The notes under the pieces are model-generated. The model was not told where the DNA came from, ran no database searches, and was given only the letters and a program-made list of their open reading frames with translations. 64,000 nt of DNA from Lama glama (Eukaryota): positions 11,472,001 to 11,536,000 of the forward strand of contig CM052832.1 in NCBI GenBank assembly GCA_028534125.1, written 5' to 3'. Position numbers and translations under genes: made by a program. This document shows positions 62,409-64,000 of the stretch, piece by piece; position 1 is the first letter of the stretch; each line of letters starts with the position of its first letter.

Positions 62409-63759
62409 TCAAAGCCTGACTCTGCTATTTGGTAGCTCTATGGAAGTGAGCAAGCCACCTGGTCACCCTGAGCCTCAGTCTCCTGGTCTGGAACATGGTG
62501 ACGACAATATCTGCTAGGTACAGTGGCAAGAATAAATGAAGCAGCACAGTGAGTAGGACCAGCACGTGCCCCGCAGACGGCAGCTGACCTCACCTCCCCT
62601 TCTTGTGTCAGTGATGTTCAGAATGCTCTCCTTGCCCTAGGCTCCGGGACACCCACACACTTCCAGTGGTGGCTCTGTGATCTGCCAGGGGGACCTGCAG
62701 GAGGCCCAAGGAAAAGACAGCCAGCGATGGGGTGGGGCTCCTACAGAAGGGTTCCACACTCGGGCTGGGGCAGCGCAGCTTCTGTGTAGAAGACCAGGCC
62801 ATCTCGCCCTCCCTGCTACCTTCCCTCCTCTCCCGAGGCCTCAGAGAGACCGCCTCCGCCGGGCTGGGTGAGATGTCTCCTTCAGCCTCCCCTTGGCTAC
62901 AGGAGGCCCAGCCAGTCACCCCAGAGCACGGTCTTCACTGCTTTCCTCAGGAGGGGTCCTTGGTGTAGGGTCAAAAGTATTGAAGGGAGGAAGGCAATTC
63001 ACAGCTCTTTTTTAATAGACTGGGAGATACATTTGCCCGTTTCTGAAGCTGTTAGGAAAGGAAATACTCTGTCCACTTCAAGTTCCACCTATTCAGTTTG
63101 AGGTTGAGATGCTTCCTTCAGTCTTTCGGGTCTGACATTTCCCAGAGAGGACCAGGGCCAGTGAACGTGGACAGCATTGAGTGTGCCCTGTGCGTGGAGT
63201 CTGAACAAAGCACTGGGGAGATACAAAGAGCAGGGGGTCCAGTGCCTGCCTTCGAGGGGCTGGCCTATGCCTGAGGGACCATGGGCTACAAGGACCGCAG
63301 GCCAGCTCATTAGGGCCACTAAATGCACCAGCACTGGGGACAGTGTAGTCTTCAACTGGGAAGTCTACAGTGTCTACATCTCTTGTGTTTAGATAATGGA
63401 GTAAGACACTTGCTTAGTCGGTTGACAAGTGACAGTTGTCACTTGACACAAGGGACAGAGAGTAACAGGTGCCTGGCAGATAAACGATGGAATCCAATGT
63501 AAAGGCTGCCGAAAGGGAAAGAATAAGGTCATGCCATAATAAGGACCTCTCAGCAGGCTAAACTCCCAGGGAGATACTGCATTTGGGATCAAAAGGATGA
63601 TCACTGAAATAGGATGCACCTTGACAACCATTCATAAAAATAGGAAAGGGTTTAAACTGACCACAAGTGTCACAGAGGACAGTGAGAAACCAAAACAGTG
63701 CTGCTGGAAAACCAGAACAGCGCTAGGGAGGCTGTCTGGTCTAAACATTTATCTCTTTG

Positions 63760-63990
63760 GAACCAGAAAAAAATGGGCTCGAATCCCAGCCCTGCCACCT
63801 ATTGGCTGTGTGACCTTGGGTTATTCACCACCCTCTCTGAGCCTCAGAATATTACTGAAATGAGATAGTAATACCTGCCCTGCTGGATTATTTTGAGAAT
63901 TAGCAATAAGGGAGTAGAGCACCTAGGTGAGCGTCTAGGAGAACTGGGCAGAACCTGGCATATAGAAGGCACTCGATAAACGGTGATTGT
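63760..63990 (+). repeat. MIR SINE
   Basis: tgggctcgaatcccagccctgccacctattggctgtgtgaccttggg…ctctctgagcctcag…cctggcatatagaaggcactcgataaa. Confidence 0.85.
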
Positions 63991-64000
63991 TGGTAATTCA

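Overview
Mammalian genomic DNA, most likely camelid because it carries a vic-1-type tRNA-derived SINE. The whole window appears to lie inside the KIF6 kinesin gene on the + strand. Three internal coding exons (10780-10888, 18824-18879, 49366-49416) have canonical AG/GT sites and matching phases. They splice to GVREEMSLGRQEAFEIFKRDHADSVTIEDNKQILKQRFSEAKALGESINEARSKIGRLKEEITQRHVQQVALG, which I recognise from memory as the KIF6 C-terminal coiled-coil region. The rest is intronic and dominated by interspersed repeats (L1, L2, L3/CR1, MIR, MLT/LTR, hAT and Tc2 MERs) and microsatellites; repeat subfamily names are by eye and need RepeatMasker confirmation. Almost all listed ORFs look spurious. I found no new biological system. 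The leads worth testing are a candidate in-frame 48-nt cassette exon, a candidate poison exon, an apparent L1 3' transduction, a near-perfect RFX X-box, a tandem HRE-like repeat, a local duplication of about 120 bp, an unusually long (AC)59 tract, and a 500-N gap that looks like an assembly artefact.
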